Shown one piece after another: positions 36,486 through 39,985 of a stretch of 39,985 nucleotides of DNA. Within the stretch, counting starts at the first letter, position 1, and the number at the start of each line of letters is the position of its first letter. Position numbers and translations under genes: made by a program. This stretch comes from Catajapyx aquilonaris (Eukaryota), in assembly GCA_000934665.2 (NCBI GenBank), contig JYFJ02003573.1, forward strand, positions 1 to 39,985, written 5' to 3'. The notes below the pieces were generated by a model. The model ran no database searches. It worked only from the letters and a program-made list of their open reading frames with translations, and had not been told where the DNA came from.

Positions 36486-38425
36486 CCCTGTGTTTCACTC
36501 TCTACCTTCCACCTTACTGCTGTATACCTTCCCGAGGTCTCTTTTCCATTGATATTCACTGCTCCATCCGGTTACCTATTCCTGCAGCTCGCCCTTCACA
36601 ATGAACCAGCTGTTTTCCCCTACTTTCAAGACGTATCCAGGCAATTAACGCCGCTTATTATACGTCCCCTCCCCTTGTGCAACCTTTTGCCACATACACA
36701 CAAGTGCTGGGGAACAACCTTTGTTAATGAGATTTACTAGAGTTGGAAAACGTTGGCTGGGACCAAATTTTTGGAGGGGAATACCCGCCTATAAATGGTG
36801 AAGAAGGGCGGGTCAAATTTGGGTCCTATAGGCTGGCAGAGAGAGGATGAAGGTGGGGGAGGGGGGAGGAGGTGTCATCATTGTTTGTTGGGAGGTGTGT
36901 CGAATGCGATATTTGCCACCGTGATAAGTAACTTAGTGTACTTCGGCGTGCATTCCCGAAGCGCTAATGACGTTAGAATAAAGGTCCAACAAGGTGTAAA
37001 TTTTGCAACTCGGCTTTGGTTTTGCTCGCCCAACCGGCTCCCAACCCAGAACACGGGCAAGTATTTTGTGCAGCGGCTTTTCCGGACAAAAGGAATGCGT
37101 TGGAGTGTTGATAACGAGAGGAGAAAGAAGCAGACGCAAATGACTAAGAAAATAGATTCTGGGAGAAGGGAATTCTAAATCACATCTCTGTTCGAATATT
37201 GCGAAGGGCTAAGGAGGCGGCCCATCGTCAAGGAATTTTGTCCATTGTTTCGAAGGAAACAATGGACAGCGTACCTCATTTTCAGTGTGAGATTTGTTCC
37301 AGTGGCGGATATACCGAAACTTATAATTAGTGCCTTGCAATGGGAGTAAAAAAACGGCGAGACATTCGCAATTTCTAATTTCAGTCAGCGTGAAATTGTT
37401 GGATACAATTAGCAGAATGCAATTCAGTGGTGGCTGGGAAGAGGGTGGTGGAGAGAGAAAGCCTTCAACTCGATTACTTTTATGCGCCATGAGTGAAAAT
37501 TGCTATTTACACAACCGAGTCGGCATGGAAATCAATGGAAAGGATGGCGGAATACATGATTCAGTATTGGGTCTTAATATGTCAGGCTCTAAATACGGAA
37601 ATGATCCAACATAAAGCGGCTGAAAAGTGCGAGAGTTCCCGGAAATTTCTGCCATACCTACCGCAGATTACGAGAAGATTCGATCCGTGAGATCTAATTA
37701 ACATTCCAAACCAGTTTGCTTTTGTACACTAGTAATCATAATGAGTTAAAAAAGGTGGTTAGGAAGGGCGCAGAACTGAATTTGACTCTGACCGTGCCGA
37801 GTAAGCAAGATAAATTGTCGCTGTAGAATTTGGTGGGCAGTTAAGTGCAGAAGTAAGTCAAGACCACACGTTTGGCGAAGGTCCCAACGCGGTTCGGGAA
37901 TCTCATTTTGGGCGAGTGGAGAGCAGGGCAAAATGGCTGCTTTGAATGGCGTTAGGAAACAAGGGCCGACCAGAGGAAGCCCAGGAGGCCTGCGCAGGAC
38001 CACCGACCCATTCTGCAAGTGGAAGGCTAGAAACCACCACTCCGACCACCCAAGCCCCCAAGGGTCACCCGGGTACTAGCTACTCCAAGATACACCCGCA
38101 CGCAAGAGGCAGCGGGGAGAATTCCCTCTATTTACTCTCACCAGTGCACAAGTGTCCCGTACATTGTCTACGATACTACTGTGTGTAAGGAGCAAATTTG
38201 TGGCCGGCTCAGTATTGTACCATCAACAATTTCCGCAGCCTATGAGAATCTTGACCTGCTGCTTCTTTAGCCTAAGGTGTATGGAATATAGAATTGGTCA
38301 GAAAATGTCAGATGGTGAAACCTTGCAATGGGGATTTTTCTATATCTTTCAATTGTCTTAAAACACTGCAAAATGCAAGTGACTCGTGTTTTATGTTGTA
38401 TTAAAAATTAATGAGGTTCTATGTA

Positions 38426-38506
38426 CTATCGGAGCGGAAATGGTACGGACACTTGGGAGTAAGCTGAACATTGACAAGTGTCCGTATACCATTTCCGCGC
38501 CGATAG
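38426..38506. mobile_element. Tc1/mariner-type mini-MITE, 81 bp, TA target-site duplication
   Basis: Arms 38426-38455 (CTATCGGAGCGGAAATGGTACGGACACTTG) and 38475-38506 are reverse complements with 1 mismatch and one TA indel; 19-nt spacer. TA flanks at 38424-38425 and 38507-38508. Confidence 0.75.
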
Positions 38507-39504
38507 TACCTCCTGTCATAAGCACTGTCACACTTGAAATAGTTGCCTTTGCCAAAAATTCTTGCAAAAACAAACAATATATTCAAACAATACATAATAT
38601 ACACGCTACTATACAGTACATTACCTGCAAATGCTTGTCTTCTATTACTCAGGTGGGTTCGCAAGATCTCAAGAACCGGTTTAAAGAGAATTAGGGTTCC
38701 GAGAAAATCAATTAGGGCCTACCCTATCCCATGTTTTTGTCACTACTAAAATCCGAAATACCTATTCTTAAAAACTGAGGGAGAATTTATTTTCTCGTAT
38801 CCCGAATATGCTCGTAACTACCGCTTCTCGTGAGATTGCAAATCTACCTGTAATTTCTTTTGACGATTTAATTAATGAGGTATGGTTCAAATACGTACGG
38901 TTCAAGTTGGGGGTGGTTCTCTATGGGGGCCTGAAGAGTGTGTTACAACTGAATTGTCTACAATGATTAGTTTAAAGCTTATTGTGGAAGTTTTTCCCCA
39001 ACAGTTAAACTCATTCTTGCGAGTTTTCGAAAACGTCAGCTGCTTGCATAAGGGTGAATTCTGGTGCCGATTAAACGCGAATTCTGTTGCGTTTTCACGC
39101 AGAAAAACACTATTAATCAGGTAATCGATATTGCCTACGTTTTTACACGCTTTAAACCCTACCATTTGTGACCAGGTGATTCATTTCTAAGTTTATGAAG
39201 ATACTTTATCATTACCTTATGGCATATAGACTTTCCGCCAGACTCTGCGTGAGGGGCAAAAAAGTGTTTCTCATCAATGAGAGAATCCTGCTGACTGCTA
39301 TTCAAAAATAGTACACTGTGTTTCCTGTTTTTAATAGGCTATCCGTCGCGGGAACAAAGAGCGCATGAACTGCTTTAAAAATTGCAAAAGATCCTATATT
39401 ATAGAAGTCTGTGGTAAGCTATACTGCTTTAAACATGTGTAGGTGCAGCTGGGAATATTGCTTTGTATCGTATATCTGACTTGATCGGGCTTGTCTTTTT
39501 CTGG

Positions 39505-39610
39505 ACGTGGCGTGGGAGGCATTCACATGAGGGTCAGCCATTACACCCTACTAAGCCCGGTGTGAAAGCATGTATAAATAGACGGAGTGATACAGCGCAT
39601 TTTCATCAGC
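39505..39610 (+). promoter_or_regulatory. TATA-containing core-promoter-like segment
   Basis: TATAAATA at 39573-39580, upstream GGCGTGGGAG, CACATG and AGGGTCA, and an Inr-like TCAT about 30 nt downstream. No gene recognised. Confidence 0.2.
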
Positions 39611-39890
39611 AACATCTTTGTGCCACAAATAGTACTTGTAGGATGTTTATTCTTTAAGTCCTAACCTGAAAAGGGGTCTTAATCAATCATGATTATAGGC
39701 TACATAGTCCTATACGCTCTTGTTATCGATGAAATGATAATTATCATTATGTATCTTCACTTGAACGCAATCAAAATAATAACGATGTCATGTAGGTGTG
39801 CATTTCTATTTATATGAAAATGGAATTTTTCATTAAACCTCAAATTAAGCCTGCCATTAATTTACATGATCAAGTTGAAATGCAGTCATA

Positions 39891-39985
39891 CACTCTTAGC
39901 CCGGTCACCTTTATTAAAGGTGACGAAACTGCCTGTTTTGTCACCTTTATTTTAGAAGGGTACATGGCACCTTTAAAACAAAAGG
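39891..39985 (+). mobile_element. Probable left end of a CACTA/EnSpm-like non-autonomous element, truncated by window end
   Basis: Starts CACTCTTAG, followed by direct and inverted copies of a subterminal motif: palindrome GTCACCTTTA-T-TAAAGGTGAC (39904-39924), then GTCACCTTTA, GAAGGGTAC, GGCACCTTTA and AAAAGG. Confidence 0.5.

Noticed and set aside
38386..38694. Overlapping opposite-strand ORFs sharing peptides (TIGAEMV, TISAPIV)
   Set aside because: Artefact of the inverted repeat at 38426-38506.
1..39985. CRISPR array, operon or other prokaryotic system
   Set aside because: No regularly spaced direct repeats and no gene-dense organisation; microsatellites, a SINE and MITEs indicate eukaryotic non-coding DNA.

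Overview
This window looks like eukaryotic, most likely invertebrate animal, non-coding DNA: a large intron or an intergenic regulatory region. The taxon is inferred only from the repeat types and composition. AT-rich background alternates with GC/CpG-rich, homopolymer-rich islands (approx. 1-360, 2.6-3.6 kb, 7.4-8.5 kb, 12.7-13.35 kb, 19.4-20.1 kb, 23.4-24.1 kb and much of 30.4-38.1 kb). I recognise no protein family in any ORF of the track (all 177 aa or shorter, many overlapping on both strands), and I see no tRNA, rRNA, snRNA, known miRNA or CRISPR array. Supported features are: two TA-flanked Tc1/mariner-type MITEs, a related near-perfect palindrome, a decayed tRNA-derived SINE with a compound microsatellite tail, probable hAT-, pogo- and CACTA/EnSpm-like fragments, microsatellites, G-quadruplex-prone tracts and several transcription-factor motif clusters. 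The most notable unexplained signals are a dense GGTCA/GTGGTCAG cluster at 23.75-24.06 kb, an apparent excess of YY1/Pho motifs, and the hallmarks shared by two otherwise different MITEs. I cannot support a claim of a new biological system from this sequence alone.
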